Of a stretch of 64,000 nucleotides of DNA, positions 18,033 through 27,952 are shown one piece after another (the first letter of the stretch is position 1; each line of letters opens with the position of its first letter). The stretch comes from Myxococcota bacterium. GTDB taxonomy: Bacteria > Myxococcota_A > SURF-8. Location of the stretch: contig OZ223209.1 of the NCBI GenBank assembly GCA_965140415.1, positions 4,192,001 to 4,256,000 of the forward strand, read 5' to 3'. The notes under the pieces are model-generated. The model did not search any database, was not told the DNA's origin, and worked only from the letters and a program-made list of their open reading frames with translations. The position numbers and the translations under genes are program-made.

Positions 18033-18518
18033 ATGATCGTTAACGAAAAAAGAGAAACCTATGACGGCGCCTGGCGGGTAGTGATGTTCAAACCCGATGA
18101 ACATGGCCGTTGCCACCCCGAACTGGCCAAAACCGAGTTGGATGAAAACATCGATGAATTTTTCATCCAGCGGGCGGAAATGTTCGATCGGTTACGCCAG
18201 CAACTGATCGCAGGCGAAATCAGCCCGATTCATTTCTTCATGGAATACCAGGCCATGACCGCTCGCGACCTGGCCTCCCGTATGAAGATAAGCCCTCGGC
18301 AAATCAACAAACACATGACCCCCAAAGGTTTTGAAGGAATTTCCGTAGGTTTGTTGCGGCAGTATGCAAAAATCTTCGATATCTGCCTGAGTGATTTCTT
18401 CCAGTTTCTCTATGTACCGGATCAGCTTTCCATTACCGTGTCCCGGCATAATGGCCGTCTTCTCGAACAGATCGAGATTCAACCAGAGACCAACAACGAA
18501 GAAACGGTCAAGCTGTGA
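18033..18518 (+). CDS. HTH-like protein resembling the conserved hypothetical found beside BtrH in flexirubin/dar clusters
   Basis: GAGG RBS; GEISPIHFFME...DLASRMKISPRQINKHMTPKGF...LLRQYAKIFDI. Resemblance is from recall, not a search. Confidence 0.7.
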   Translation: MIVNEKRETYDGAWRVVMFKPDEHGRCHPELAKTELDENIDEFFIQRAEMFDRLRQQLIAGEISPIHFFMEYQAMTARDLASRMKISPRQINKHMTPKGFEGISVGLLRQYAKIFDICLSDFFQFLYVPDQLSITVSRHNGRLLEQIEIQPETNNEETVKL

Positions 18519-19594
18519 AAACCATACCGAATTATACACATCAAGTCGCTTCCCACTGCGAAAGCGGCAGTTTGCGCAACCTGCTGCATCATTCCGGATT
18601 GTCGCTTTTCGAGCCGATGATCTTCGGTCTGGGCAGCGGTCCGGCTTTCTTTTACCTGTTCTTCGCTAAAGGACCAAGCTCCTTTCCGTTGATCGGGATT
18701 CGAAACCAGCCGGGGAAAATATTCAAGAATATCGGTCAACTGTTAAACATACGGATGACATTCACTTCCGGCAAGAAAACGCAGCAGGCAAGACAGGCCG
18801 TCGATGAACTACTGGCCAAGGGCGTTCCCGTGGCGGTGTGGGTGGATATGTTCTACATGAAATACCTGCCCTCGTTTCTGCGCGTACATGCCCCGTTCCA
18901 CTTCATTCTACTGGTCGGCAAGCAGGGCGATTACTACGCGGTCAGCGATCCCTATTTCGAAAAAATCGGCAAGTTGCACGCAGACGACCTGGAGGCAGCC
19001 TGGGCGACCCACGCACCGCTAACCAAGGATAACTTTTACGCGACCATCGAAGAAATTCCCCAGCAGTTGGATATCAAAGGCGCAGCGAAGAAAGCCATCG
19101 AAGCCACCTGCAAAAACATGATCCTGCCGCCAGTGATCAATCGCCTGTTCTTTTTCGTCGGTATCCAAGGAATGCGTACTTACGCCGCCAAAATCCTGGA
19201 ATGGTCCAAAACCTACCATGGAGCCGTGCTGCGCGATGGCATGATGTTCAACGCCATCGGCTTTGAAGACCAGGGAACCGGTGGCGGCGCCTTTAGGCTG
19301 ATGTACGGAGAATTTCTACACGAAATCGGCGACCTGTATGATTCCCAGAAGTTACATGAACTGGCAACCCGCATGGTCGAGCATGGCAAATGCTGGCGTA
19401 CGGCTTCGCGGCAGATCGTAAAAACGGCGAAACCGATTCCAATCCATGACACCGACTTCGACGACTGGTTTTCCCAGAATCGAACGGAACTGGAAAACGG
19501 TCTACAGGAAATCAGCCGCTTGTTTTTGGAACGGGCGGAATTTGAAGAAGGCTTCTTCAAAGAATTGCGGCAAGTCGCCAAAGAACTGAAATAA
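18515..19594 (+). CDS. BtrH-family (C39/papain-like fold, DUF4872) acyltransferase/peptidase-like protein
   Basis: GTG start overlaps the upstream TGA; HCESGSLRNLL...EPMIFGLGSG; HFILLVG...VSDP (Cys-His-Asp); GTGGGAFR.MY..FL.E. Confidence 0.85.
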   Translation: MKTIPNYTHQVASHCESGSLRNLLHHSGLSLFEPMIFGLGSGPAFFYLFFAKGPSSFPLIGIRNQPGKIFKNIGQLLNIRMTFTSGKKTQQARQAVDELLAKGVPVAVWVDMFYMKYLPSFLRVHAPFHFILLVGKQGDYYAVSDPYFEKIGKLHADDLEAAWATHAPLTKDNFYATIEEIPQQLDIKGAAKKAIEATCKNMILPPVINRLFFFVGIQGMRTYAAKILEWSKTYHGAVLRDGMMFNAIGFEDQGTGGGAFRLMYGEFLHEIGDLYDSQKLHELATRMVEHGKCWRTASRQIVKTAKPIPIHDTDFDDWFSQNRTELENGLQEISRLFLERAEFEEGFFKELRQVAKELK

Positions 19595-19648
19595 GCTCGT
19601 AGGTTGTAACTCGAAACAGAACCCGTAACACAGGAACCAGATCGAATC

Positions 19649-21481
19649 ATGCCGAATTACCAAGAGTGGTGGAGTGCCTGGGCTCCCTACTGGGATCAGA
19701 TTGAAAATCGCCATTTCAGCCTTCGTTCCATCGAACAAATGCTGGACGGCGTAGTCAGTCCCGTTTTGGTCGTCGGCGCGGGTCAGGGCTTGATCGTAGA
19801 TTTCCTGCAACAAAAAGGACATGACGTCAAGGGCTTGGATGTCGATGCCGAAATGGTCGAACTGGCTCGCGAGCGTCGCGGTCTGGACATGTTTCTGGCA
19901 GACGCCAAAGACCTGCCGATCGACGACAACCAGTACAAAACCGTCATCCTTTCTTCCGGTGTGGTCGATTATCAGAATGACCCGGAAGTGATCCGCCAGA
20001 TTTTAACCGAAGCGATTCGTGTAACCATGCCCTTCGGCAACATTTTCATGGCTTTCTATCAATTGTCTCCGGTGATGGAAAGCGTGTACCGCAATCTGGG
20101 TGTGATCAAATCCGGCGTGTACCACATGAATCGAATTTTCGAGTTGAACGATCTGATCCCCAAAGGGCCGCTTGCCTGCGTCAAGCAGATCCAGCAATGG
20201 ACCGGCGGTGGATTTCTACCGACAATGCTGTACTGGGCGCGACTCGGCATTGCGCTGCCCAAAGAATTGAAGCAGGAAAACGACCTGATGTCGGGCATCT
20301 TTCGTCAAGCCGAGGCGGAAGGCAAGGATCTGAGCCTGCTGACGAAGCACGCTCCTCGCGACGTTCCCTATCGCAAGGAAACCGAAATCTACGAGTTGCT
20401 GCGAAGTATCGACATAGCGCACCATGAAACCCTACGCAGCCTCGACTGTCTGACCCTGCGACATTACAAGTCCAGCCTGACGCAAAGCTCGCAGGGACAA
20501 GCACCTACAAAGGAGCAAGGGGAAAGCGACTGGATCATCCGAACGTCGAACCTGTCTAAATCCTACGCGGGTGCAAAAAAAAAAGCGGTTGACGGCGTAA
20601 GCCTGACCGTAGCGCGAGGCAGCATTCAAGGCATTCTCGGCCCCAACGGCGCAGGAAAAACGACTACGCTTTCCATGCTATGCGGTCTGCTCTCTCCCGA
20701 TGCAGGTAGCGTTGAGTTCGCCGACGGATTACGTCGTCGACAGATGCGCCGTATGCTGGGCTTCGTTCCGCAAGATCTGGCGCTGTACCCCGGCCTGACC
20801 GGGCAGGAGAATTTGCAGTTCTTTGGCCGCCTGTACCAAATTACAGGAAAAGCACTTGCCGCACGCATTGAGGAATTACTGGCGATGGTCGGTCTTAGCG
20901 ACCGGGCACACGATCCGGTGCGACGCTATTCCACCGGCATGATGCGCCGTTTGAACCTGGCAGCGGGATTGATTCACGATCCACAGCTTCTACTGCTCGA
21001 CGAGCCGACCGTCGGCATCGACCCGCAATCGCGCAACTGCATTTACGAAGCGGTGCTGGAGTTGAAGCGAGCCGGAGTTACGGTGCTTTACACTACGCAC
21101 TATATGGAAGAAGCCACAAAGCTCTGTGACCGCATCGCCATCATGGATCATGGTCGAATCGTATTCGAAGGCGATCCCCGGCAATCGGTACGCGACTATG
21201 GCCGCCTGTGCATCGATTTCGATGCGAAACAGGACGTTCAGCCGCTGCAAAAGCACCTGATCGAACAGGGATTGGTTTTACATGCAGAAATCATAGACGG
21301 CGGACTTTCGGTGTACACCGGAGCGGATACACCCGCTTTAGACGTCATTCATCGCATCACGCAGATCGCAGACGAGTTCGACAGTCCACTTTCCTTGCGC
21401 AAGATTACGGAACCAAGCCTGGAGGGGCTCTTTTTGGATATCACCGGTCGGCGCCTGCGCGACCGAACGGACGAGGCATAA
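19649..21481 (+). CDS. Class I SAM methyltransferase fused to an ABC exporter ATPase
   Basis: N-terminal VLVVGAGQG, GLDVDAEMV, ADAKDLP; C-terminal GPNGAGKTT, YSTGM, LLLDEPT, TTHYMEEA and EPSLEGLFL tail, all in one ORF. Confidence 0.88.
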   Translation: MPNYQEWWSAWAPYWDQIENRHFSLRSIEQMLDGVVSPVLVVGAGQGLIVDFLQQKGHDVKGLDVDAEMVELARERRGLDMFLADAKDLPIDDNQYKTVILSSGVVDYQNDPEVIRQILTEAIRVTMPFGNIFMAFYQLSPVMESVYRNLGVIKSGVYHMNRIFELNDLIPKGPLACVKQIQQWTGGGFLPTMLYWARLGIALPKELKQENDLMSGIFRQAEAEGKDLSLLTKHAPRDVPYRKETEIYELLRSIDIAHHETLRSLDCLTLRHYKSSLTQSSQGQAPTKEQGESDWIIRTSNLSKSYAGAKKKAVDGVSLTVARGSIQGILGPNGAGKTTTLSMLCGLLSPDAGSVEFADGLRRRQMRRMLGFVPQDLALYPGLTGQENLQFFGRLYQITGKALAARIEELLAMVGLSDRAHDPVRRYSTGMMRRLNLAAGLIHDPQLLLLDEPTVGIDPQSRNCIYEAVLELKRAGVTVLYTTHYMEEATKLCDRIAIMDHGRIVFEGDPRQSVRDYGRLCIDFDAKQDVQPLQKHLIEQGLVLHAEIIDGGLSVYTGADTPALDVIHRITQIADEFDSPLSLRKITEPSLEGLFLDITGRRLRDRTDEA

Positions 21482-21488
21482 GCACAGC

Positions 21489-22694
21489 ATGACGCAGATT
21501 CTGGCAATCGCAATCAAGGAACTGAAACTGCTCATCCGCGATCCGGGTGGCTTGTTGATGCTGTTCGTGCTACCCGCGATCTTTATCCTCGTATTGTCCA
21601 TTGCATTGCAAGGCGCGTTTTCCTCGCTCAGTTCCAGCGAACGGCTGGACGTGCTGGTCGTAAATCAGGACGAAGACGGCATCGGCGAGAAGATCATCGA
21701 AGCCCTGGATAGGACCGGCTACTTTCGCCTGCTTACCGAAGTAGACGGCAAAGCCTTGACTCGCGAAAGTGCAAAAGAGAAGCTGTCTCACGGACATTAT
21801 CAAATCGCCGTGTTCATTCCTGCGGAAGCCACAGAGGCATTGGCTTTTAAAAAAGAAGCCTATATCGAAATTCTAGTGGACCCGGTACTGAGCGCCGAAT
21901 TCGCCACCGCCGTACAAAAAACGGTGCAGAGCATCGTGTATGTCTCCATGATCGGCTTAACCCGCTCGGGCGGCATGCCGATTTCGGTGAAAGAAGCCAG
22001 CGAAGAATACGTCACCACCCACGGACTGATCGTCGAACAACGCTACACCTCGGCGCAAGGCAAGGAAATCACGCCTAATTCGGTACAGCAGAACGTCCCA
22101 GGCTGGACCGTCTTCGCCCTTTTCTGGATCGCGCAGATCCTGGCCATAAACCTGATTACGGAACGACTTACCGGAGCTTATGCCCGTATTCTCGTCGCGC
22201 CGATGAGCCTGCTGCAATACCTGCTTGGAAAGATTCTGCCCTTTTTCCTGATCAACCTGCTTCAAGCCGCGCTGATGTTCGCCATCGGTATTTACGTACT
22301 GCCCTGGCTGGGCGCACCCAGGCTTGAAATTCAAAATCCGGGCGGCGTGATGCTGCTCACGGTCGCCATTTCCTTCGTTTCCATCAGCTTCGGTCTTTTT
22401 CTGGCAGCCATCAGCCGATCCAGCTTCATGGTTGCCTCTATTTCCGCCGCCGCGCTGATTATTATGACGGTCATCGGTGGCATCATGGTGCCAAAATTCG
22501 TAATGCCTGCCTTCATGCAGCAGATGAGCCTGGTCGTTCCTCATGGCTGGGCTTTAGACGGCTACCTGAATCTGCTGGTTCGCCATTATGCCACGGAAGA
22601 TATTCTGCCTATTGTTGGGGTTCTGTGCCTGTATGCACTCGGCTTTTTCCTAGTGGCGCTCTTACGTTTCATGACCATGAAACCGGTACGCTGA
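21489..22694 (+). CDS. ABC-2 type exporter permease
   Basis: IKELKLLIRD..L..LF..P; periplasmic loop; PNSVQQNVPGW; six TM helices; GGIMVPKFVMP. Confidence 0.9.
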   Translation: MTQILAIAIKELKLLIRDPGGLLMLFVLPAIFILVLSIALQGAFSSLSSSERLDVLVVNQDEDGIGEKIIEALDRTGYFRLLTEVDGKALTRESAKEKLSHGHYQIAVFIPAEATEALAFKKEAYIEILVDPVLSAEFATAVQKTVQSIVYVSMIGLTRSGGMPISVKEASEEYVTTHGLIVEQRYTSAQGKEITPNSVQQNVPGWTVFALFWIAQILAINLITERLTGAYARILVAPMSLLQYLLGKILPFFLINLLQAALMFAIGIYVLPWLGAPRLEIQNPGGVMLLTVAISFVSISFGLFLAAISRSSFMVASISAAALIIMTVIGGIMVPKFVMPAFMQQMSLVVPHGWALDGYLNLLVRHYATEDILPIVGVLCLYALGFFLVALLRFMTMKPVR

Positions 22695-22708
22695 TCCCTA
22701 ATAATTCT

Positions 22709-23320
22709 CTAAACTGGTATCGCCTGCATCAATTCTTCCGGATCCGGTAAAACGTGTCGCCGCAAGGCAATCAACAACAAAACAGGCAACAAAATGGGAG
22801 CCGCTACCGAAGAGAAAAGCAACTCAAAACCGAGTTGGCCTTTATCGGGAGTCAGTCCGGTGAGACGCGCCAACAGGGCGTCGAAGGTATTTCCCGCCAG
22901 GTTGGCAACATAAATCATGCGTAAAAAGGCTTGAATTGCTTCGGCTTTGGGCTGGCCGTACATGGCGATAAGTTCCTGGATTCTCTGCTCATCGGGTTGA
23001 CCGCCGCTCCTGGCGAAATGTCGAGCAAATTCCACTGCGGAGATTTCCTCTTCTGGCAAGCCTGCATACAGGTCACCACGCAATAATGCTTTGATGGTCT
23101 CGGTTTCGACACCAGCGCAGCGCGCCCAATGCGCGTGAACGAACGCGCAATAACGGCAATCATTCACCCCGGTTTCGGCCAGCATGATCTTTTCCCGGAA
23201 ATCCGCAGGAAGCGTCTTCGAAACCACCGCTTTCAGTATTCCGGGGACAGTCCGAGCCAGGCGGCTTCCATCGCTTGCAAAACTTGCCAGCGTATACATC
23301 GGCTTTTTGTAGCGTCCCAT
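22709..23320 (-). CDS. Carboxymuconolactone decarboxylase/AhpD-family protein
   Basis: REKIMLA..GVNDCRYCAFVH motif; hydrophobic C-terminal segment. Confidence 0.85.
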   Translation of the reverse strand: MGRYKKPMYTLASFASDGSRLARTVPGILKAVVSKTLPADFREKIMLAETGVNDCRYCAFVHAHWARCAGVETETIKALLRGDLYAGLPEEEISAVEFARHFARSGGQPDEQRIQELIAMYGQPKAEAIQAFLRMIYVANLAGNTFDALLARLTGLTPDKGQLGFELLFSSVAAPILLPVLLLIALRRHVLPDPEELMQAIPV

Positions 23321-23532
23321 ACCAGTCCCCTTTCACGTTCAAATCAACCCATATTCGAACTATCCTAAAAGCAATGCTCGATACGGTCAAGGACGTAAAA
23401 CAAGATCATGACATTTTCAAGTCATTTCATCATGTTCGACGAGTGGGAATAGGACGCAGGCGAAAGCTCTCTATGCATACAACAACGACAGTCCATGTGT
23501 GACAGGTCGAAAACAGCGCATCAAGGAGGCTT

Positions 23533-23943
23533 ATGATGAGCTTACAACAATATTTTTCAACGACTGAAGGTTTGGGAATCCTATCCACTGCGGATGAAAA
23601 TGGGCAACCCAATGCAGCGGTCTTTTCCAGACCGCACGTCATCGACGAGCAGACCGTGGCGTTTATCATGGCGCCCAGAAAAAGCAAGGAAAACGTAAGC
23701 CGTACGAACAAGGCCTGCTTCCTGTTCAAGGAAGACAGCCAGGGATACAAAGGCAAACGGCTTTATCTGACGAAAGTCTCCGAAGTAACGGATACTGCAC
23801 AGGTCGATGAATTCCGCAGGCTGCACAGCAAGAGAAATTACGAGCGTTACAAGGATCTAAAATCTTCGGTCGTGACCTTCCACGTAGACCGGGTATTACC
23901 CTTAATTGGAGACGGCGTCCGCGATGCCGAGCATCACGGCTGA
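23533..23943 (+). CDS. Pyridoxamine 5'-phosphate oxidase-like FMN-binding protein
   Basis: AAGGAGG RBS; GILSTADENGQPNAAVFSRP, KGKRLYL motifs. Confidence 0.85.
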   Translation: MMSLQQYFSTTEGLGILSTADENGQPNAAVFSRPHVIDEQTVAFIMAPRKSKENVSRTNKACFLFKEDSQGYKGKRLYLTKVSEVTDTAQVDEFRRLHSKRNYERYKDLKSSVVTFHVDRVLPLIGDGVRDAEHHG

Positions 23944-24902
23944 TTCCGAGCGCAGCGCAGACCGACCGTACCGGGAACGGGGGGTTGGCTCCAAGTGCGA
24001 TTGCTGACACGTAATTTGTCGCGGTAGCCGTCCCAGCAACCGCCCCTCAAGCCGGGATGGCTGCAATCGCCACCGCTCCATACCTCCCCATTTGAGGGGG
24101 CGCCGGTATAGGAATCGTGGCGGCAATCCTGTACCCACTCGAACACATTGCCCAGCATATCGAACAAACCGAAATCGTTGGCCTGTTTCTGTCCAACCGG
24201 TTGACTGCTACCTTGCGCGGTGTCGAAGTACCAGGCGATACCATCCAGACAGGTGTTATCGTTTCCGCAGTAATACTTATCCGTGCTGCCCGCTCGGGCG
24301 GCATATTCCCACTCCGCCTCGCTGGGCAATCGCGCATCAAGCAACAGGCAAAAATCTTGTGCCTGCTGCCAATCCACACCCTCAACGGGACAGTTCGGGC
24401 AATTCAAGAAATTACTGGGATTCTCTCCGGTCAATGCGACATATTGCGCCTGGGTCACTTCCGTGCGTAAAAGCTCAAATGCATTGACAGAAACCGTGTG
24501 ACGCGGGTATTCATCCGAGGGACAATCGAAATCCGTGATCGAACACCCCATCTCGAAATCACCTGTCGGAATCGGCACCCAATCGAAAACCGGCGCTTCG
24601 CCTTCTTCTACTTCCTTCTCCGACTCTCGCTCGGCATATTCCTCTTCCAGTTCGACTGCTTCCATGAGGTCTGCATCCTCCACGGAATCCAGGATATCCT
24701 CATCCCCACCGGATTCACTCCGGTCAAGATCCGCCACTTCCTCCAACTCGGAATCTCCCTGTTGCGCAACCGATTCTCCCTCGGCATCAAAATCACCAGC
24801 CAAGGGATCGGAATCACTCGAACATCCAACCATTGCAATCAGCAACAACAGCAGTCCCGGAAACAGCACATAATTCATCGATTTCATCCGATTGACTCCC
24901 AT
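23934..24902 (-). CDS. FGE-sulfatase (SUMF1)-domain lipoprotein
   Basis: MVGC lipobox; TEVTQAQY, RLPSEAEWEYAARAG, NDFGLFDMLGNVFEW, RGGCW, GLRCAR. Start could be 24887. Confidence 0.9.
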   Translation of the reverse strand: MGVNRMKSMNYVLFPGLLLLLIAMVGCSSDSDPLAGDFDAEGESVAQQGDSELEEVADLDRSESGGDEDILDSVEDADLMEAVELEEEYAERESEKEVEEGEAPVFDWVPIPTGDFEMGCSITDFDCPSDEYPRHTVSVNAFELLRTEVTQAQYVALTGENPSNFLNCPNCPVEGVDWQQAQDFCLLLDARLPSEAEWEYAARAGSTDKYYCGNDNTCLDGIAWYFDTAQGSSQPVGQKQANDFGLFDMLGNVFEWVQDCRHDSYTGAPSNGEVWSGGDCSHPGLRGGCWDGYRDKLRVSNRTWSQPPVPGTVGLRCARNQP

Positions 24903-25048
24903 GATTCACCACACCTCAGCATGTCTCGCCGATATAAGAAAACGCAGTATAGCACAATCCCCAAAACCTTCTTATTGCTTTGCCTACTTGCGATAAATAC
25001 AACAAGTCGCTATGCTTTATCGGCAGACAATGCAAAGGAGCAGTCGCC

Positions 25049-25537
25049 ATGACGCCAAAACCATTTCTGTTTTGTCCACTTTGTACCACCGAACTGCAAA
25101 TGCTCTCCATTCACGGAGAGATGCGCCTGGCCTGCCCTGCCCCCGACTGCGAATTCGTACATTGGGACAATCCGACTCCTATCGTGGCCGCCATCGTAGA
25201 ACACAACAAGCACATCATTCTCGCACGCAACAAACAGTGGCCGGAAAAAATGTTCGGCCTGATCACAGGCTTTCTGGAAAAAAATGAAGATCCGAAAATC
25301 GGCGTGCTGCGAGAAGTCAAGGAAGAACTCGGGCTGGATGGCGACATCGTAGACTTGGTCGGCCTGTACATCTCCAGGCGCATGAACCAGTTGATTATCG
25401 CCTATCATGTAAAAGCATGGGGAGAGATCGTTCTTGGCGAGGAACTAGTGGAAGCCAAAGCCATTTCACCAGAAAAGCTGAAGCCCTGGCCGTTTGGAAC
25501 CGGTCGCGCGGTTGCAGACTGGCTGAGCCGGCGATAA
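25049..25537 (+). CDS. NUDIX hydrolase with N-terminal zinc ribbon
   Basis: AAGGAG RBS; FCPLC...CPAPDC; GFLEKNE...LREVKEELG Nudix box. Confidence 0.9.
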   Translation: MTPKPFLFCPLCTTELQMLSIHGEMRLACPAPDCEFVHWDNPTPIVAAIVEHNKHIILARNKQWPEKMFGLITGFLEKNEDPKIGVLREVKEELGLDGDIVDLVGLYISRRMNQLIIAYHVKAWGEIVLGEELVEAKAISPEKLKPWPFGTGRAVADWLSRR

Positions 25538-25588
25538 CCACACATGACAAACGATATCAACGAGTCATCTCCTTCTGAGGTGACTCTC

Positions 25589-26674
25589 CTATAACCGATA
25601 GCGCACGGCCAACCCAAGTGCCGCTATCCACGCCAATAAGGGAGCCAACAGCGCACCAAAAACCGCCGACCAAAGCCCCGCTTCGGCTCCTTGCTTTCCA
25701 ATCGACACAATCAGGAAAAACAGCACTCCCAGTACGGCAGCCAAAGCCACCGTCATCAGCCGAGCCCGGCTTCGGTTCACAAGATCCGCCCGTCGTTCCC
25801 CAAGCGCCAATGCCAATAACACCAACCCAAACGATAAGAAGGGATAACTCATGCGCAGCCAGAACGCCGTCTGGTACGTCAAGCCATCCATCCCCTGTTT
25901 TCGCTTTAATGAAATAGCCTGCCGCAGTTTTGAGAGAGTCATCGTTTCCGCTGCGTCCCAGAGCACCGTGAAGTGATCTTGTGTTTCCTGAAACTCTCGC
26001 AAAACCGCTTTAGCGCGTTCGGCTTCGCTTACGCTGACCAACCACTCAAGCTGCGGGGAATCCATCTTCCAGCCGTTGCGCTCCCATTCCATCGTTTGCG
26101 CCGACCAATGTGCCTGGGAACTCCCTTGGTCATCCATCTCGTACAATTCAACGCCAACCAAGCGCTGCCCGTCGCGACTGTCAATGCGCCATATTCCGCT
26201 TGGTCCGACAAACCACTTGCGATCCATGCGCGTGGAACTCGTCCGGCCCCTACTGTGCTTGATTTGATGATCCATCACGTATCGTGCCTGTCGCTCCGCT
26301 TGCGGAACGACACGTTCTCCCCAACCGAATTGCAATAACGCTGCAAAAAATGCCACAGCAAGAAACGGCAACCAGCGTCGTGCCCTATTCTGTCCCGATG
26401 CACACAGCAACAGCAGTTCCCCGTCTCTGGCCAGTTCCATCCACAACGACAGGACCGCCAGCAAACACGCCAAAGGCAGCAGTTGATAGATTGCCGTTGG
26501 CACACGCGCGCCGATCAATTGCCACAGGGTCGAAAACGGCGCATCATAAGCAAGCAGCAACCGCACACTCTCGATGCAATCGAACAGCAGGTATACGCCC
26601 ACCAAAGCCAACAGGCTCAGCAGCAACTGCAATGAAAAACGCCTGATAATGGCAGTGAAATAAATCAAGACCAT
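25589..26674 (-). CDS. lptG: LptF/LptG-family LPS export permease (LptG-like)
   Basis: LLPLACLLA, L.RDGEL...ASG, GERVVP motifs; second of a tandem pair. Confidence 0.7.
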   Translation of the reverse strand: MVLIYFTAIIRRFSLQLLLSLLALVGVYLLFDCIESVRLLLAYDAPFSTLWQLIGARVPTAIYQLLPLACLLAVLSLWMELARDGELLLLCASGQNRARRWLPFLAVAFFAALLQFGWGERVVPQAERQARYVMDHQIKHSRGRTSSTRMDRKWFVGPSGIWRIDSRDGQRLVGVELYEMDDQGSSQAHWSAQTMEWERNGWKMDSPQLEWLVSVSEAERAKAVLREFQETQDHFTVLWDAAETMTLSKLRQAISLKRKQGMDGLTYQTAFWLRMSYPFLSFGLVLLALALGERRADLVNRSRARLMTVALAAVLGVLFFLIVSIGKQGAEAGLWSAVFGALLAPLLAWIAALGLAVRYRL

Positions 26675-27789
26675 TTCCTTTTGCGCAACCCACCGGCGAG
26701 CAAGATCACCAATAGCAACATTACGGGAACCCAGGAACCGATCTGAGGCGGCAAGACGGCCTTCTCCGCCAGAATCATCCCGAAACGTTCAAGAAGATAG
26801 TAGGCCAGTGCAATCACAGCCGCCAACGCATAAACACCGGTCGATCCAAGATGCCACAGGACGCTTGAAAACAACAAGGAGAGCACGGCAAACAGCGCGA
26901 TTGAAACCGCCGTTGCGTTTCGATGACCGACTTCCCCGGCCATTTTCATGCAAACCGCCATAGAATCCCTCCCGGCCTCATCCGACGTTGCCGCCATGCA
27001 TACTTGCAACCGCTGCCGCAACCGGGACGTGCTGTTTGCCTGCCACTCCGGAAACAGCAAAGGCTGATTCGTACGCCCTGTAAATGACATCAAATCAAGA
27101 TGCAGGCGCTTAAAAGTCGCCGTGCGCGATTCCTTTTCATTACGCCACTGCCAACCGCCCTCGTGCAACCCCAGCACCGGCTCTCCCCGCTCCAGCGTCA
27201 CCCGTGCCTGCTCTGCCCATAGTACCTGGCGCAGACCAGGTCGGCTTTTCGGTTCATAAATCAGAAACGGATGAGACAGCCTCCCATCCTGCTCGACTTG
27301 CCGAACGAAGAGATGCACGTCCTCTCCCAGATCCGTCATTCCCTCCATCGACAGATCCGCAACCACCGAACGCAGCCCTTCGTTGTGTAACAGGGTTTCA
27401 AGTTGCTTCAATGTGCCTGGAACAACCCAATGAGACAACAGCAGGTGGCAGCCAATCGCAAGCAGAGCCGTTATCGACACCGGAACCAGCAAACGCCGCA
27501 ACCCCACACCACTGGCCTGCAAGAAGATCCACTCCCCGTCACGCCGATAGCGCGCAAAAACCGACAGCCAGCCGATCAAGGCCGCCAACGGCAAGGCGGT
27601 TGCAATAAACGCAGGCAACGCCATTATCAGCACTTCAGCCAGGATGGATACCTTTGCCCCACCATGCAACGCCAGCGAATTCAGGCGTCCCAATTGCAGA
27701 ACAAGAATCAACAGGGTAACGATCACGATCGCCAGCGTCGTCACCATACCCCACTCTGCAATAAATGTTCGATTCAGTCGCTTCAACAT
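26665..27789 (-). CDS. lptF: LptF/LptG-family LPS export permease (LptF-like)
   Basis: ALPLAAL, RYRRDGEW..LQASGVGL, WVVP motifs; first of the tandem pair. Confidence 0.7.
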   Translation of the reverse strand: MLKRLNRTFIAEWGMVTTLAIVIVTLLILVLQLGRLNSLALHGGAKVSILAEVLIMALPAFIATALPLAALIGWLSVFARYRRDGEWIFLQASGVGLRRLLVPVSITALLAIGCHLLLSHWVVPGTLKQLETLLHNEGLRSVVADLSMEGMTDLGEDVHLFVRQVEQDGRLSHPFLIYEPKSRPGLRQVLWAEQARVTLERGEPVLGLHEGGWQWRNEKESRTATFKRLHLDLMSFTGRTNQPLLFPEWQANSTSRLRQRLQVCMAATSDEAGRDSMAVCMKMAGEVGHRNATAVSIALFAVLSLLFSSVLWHLGSTGVYALAAVIALAYYLLERFGMILAEKAVLPPQIGSWVPVMLLLVILLAGGLRKRKWS

Positions 27790-27952
27790 GAAAGCACGCT
27801 AGCACGCGCCATTATTTTTTGCAAAACGCCTAAGCTCTCTTTCTTTACGGATTGTCCAAACCGGAAAAAAGATGGACAATCGCCAATTAATTCGGTATGT
27901 TGTGTGCAGCCTAAACAGGGTGCCTTTGAGAATATTCAGGCAAGGGGTCACC

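Noticed and set aside
23934-24100. Second FGE gene as the template repeat for the 8457-8580 region
   Set aside because: No nucleotide-level similarity by eye; it is an intact, distant paralog.
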